A stretch of DNA of 64,000 bases, taken from assembly GCA_964057225.1 (NCBI GenBank), contig OZ059899.1, positions 8,866,001 through 8,930,000 on the forward strand, in the 5' to 3' direction. The DNA is from Auanema rhodensis. Taxonomy: Eukaryota > Animalia > Nematoda. A model generated the notes under the pieces. That model was not told where the DNA came from and made no database searches. It was given only the letters and a program-made list of their open reading frames with translations. Made by a program: the position numbers and the translations under genes. Below are positions 63,105 to 64,000 of this stretch, in pieces. Positions within the stretch are counted from its first letter, which is position 1; each line of letters starts with the position of its first letter.

Positions 63105-63995
63105 ACCATGAATTCTTCCCTCCCTCTGTTTGTTGGAACATGTTGTCTGTAGGAGCAACAGCTAGGCGATTGACATAAACAGGGTTATTATCAATAATTT
63201 CAGTCACAGAGTAAACTAGAATATACCCGTAAATCAGGCTGTTCTAACTATGAAGTATTCATATTATACAAAGGATATGATGTATATGATGAGTATGATC
63301 AAATAGCAAATGACAAAGTCCCTAAAGAAATTCAAAGCATCTGTTCCATTGCAATCTGTTATGAAGTAAAATTTAATCTAACAACCGACAAGATCTGACA
63401 CATCCAATGACGAACTCATTTACGCGCACAAGAATTGTTTTCCCTAAGAAGGACATTGGGAATACGCTATTTCACTGATCTCGTAGAACTCCATAAAGTA
63501 ACAAAGTTGAATAACGTAAACTATATTTATAAATATTTTAGTATATTATAGCTTTAGGATTCATTCCTTCGAAATGGTATGCGATATCAAGGAAGTCAAG
63601 CATCAGATGACCAATCGTACTAAATCGTTTTAAGGAGGAAATAAAGAAAGTATAGATGATGAAATATGAAGATTTTTTCTAGATGAAAATGAAAAGTTCA
63701 TTATTTTGTATGGAGAATGACAATAACTAATAAATAGAACCAACAAATCCAAACGGAAATTACAGAAACTTAGTATTCTCATGAACACGATTATGCAAAA
63801 CGCGAACCACTACTACAGATATATTCGGAAATGAACAGAAAGTTTGTTAGAAACATTTAAAAAAGAGATAGTGTTGAATAAATAATAAAACGTATAATAT
63901 TTTAGGAATGTTATTAAAATATTGAATAACTCACCTAATCGGAGTGTTGATGTAAAATGTGGTAATAGTAGAAATATATAGAATATTAACGACAT
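53960..63995 (-). CDS. ddr-1: Discoidin domain receptor DDR-1 (receptor tyrosine pseudokinase)
   Basis: Signal exon 63995-63935 (MSLIFYIFLLLPHFTSTLRLG|gtgagt) joins in phase to ECQASPLGMESGEITNSQITAS. Also GAWCPK, QTQGRFGNGTGREF, CMRAEIHGC, WLFLTEIHF, a TM, and a kinase-like domain with IHGHLTP and ISSPRGPSHPAQLRYSAPES, as recalled for C. elegans DDR-1. Confidence 0.92.
63052..63100. repeat. (CT)n microsatellite in ddr-1 intron 1
   Basis: Directly visible. Confidence 0.95.
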
Positions 63996-64000
63996 TTCAT

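Overview
AT-rich, gene-dense eukaryotic genomic DNA with very short spliceosomal introns (many 39-50 nt) and TTTCAG/TTTTAG acceptors just before start codons. Gene content and splice signals point to a nematode, probably a parasitic clade III species (inference only). About 19 multi-exon genes could be reconstructed by hand. In order: an RRM + RS-domain protein ending in a periphilin-1-like C-terminal domain (-); a degenerate UDP-glucuronosyltransferase (+); a large protein with 11 PEVK-like 77/87-aa tandem repeats plus calponin-like repeats (-); an orphan coiled-coil gene (-); an ADAM/reprolysin-type membrane metalloprotease (-) with a serpentine GPCR nested antisense in one intron (+); about 8 kb of mostly non-coding DNA; a head-to-head pair of Cys-rich + PEBP-like paralogs; small membrane-protein genes; an intron-containing H4/H2B/H2A cluster with no H3, where an acidic orphan gene occupies the slot opposite H4; a probable FBXO9-NADAR operon; thymidylate synthase; a TSP1 + Kunitz-like secreted protein; and a complete ddr-1 discoidin receptor pseudokinase. 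No rRNA, tRNA, CRISPR array or recognisable transposon was found. The strongest leads are the RRM-periphilin fusion (a possible HUSH-like factor in a nematode), the PEVK-calponin repeat protein, the H3-less spliced histone cluster, and an exact 15-nt E2F/CHR-like element shared by the thymidylate synthase and coiled-coil promoters. All homologies were recognised from memory of family motifs; no searches were run.
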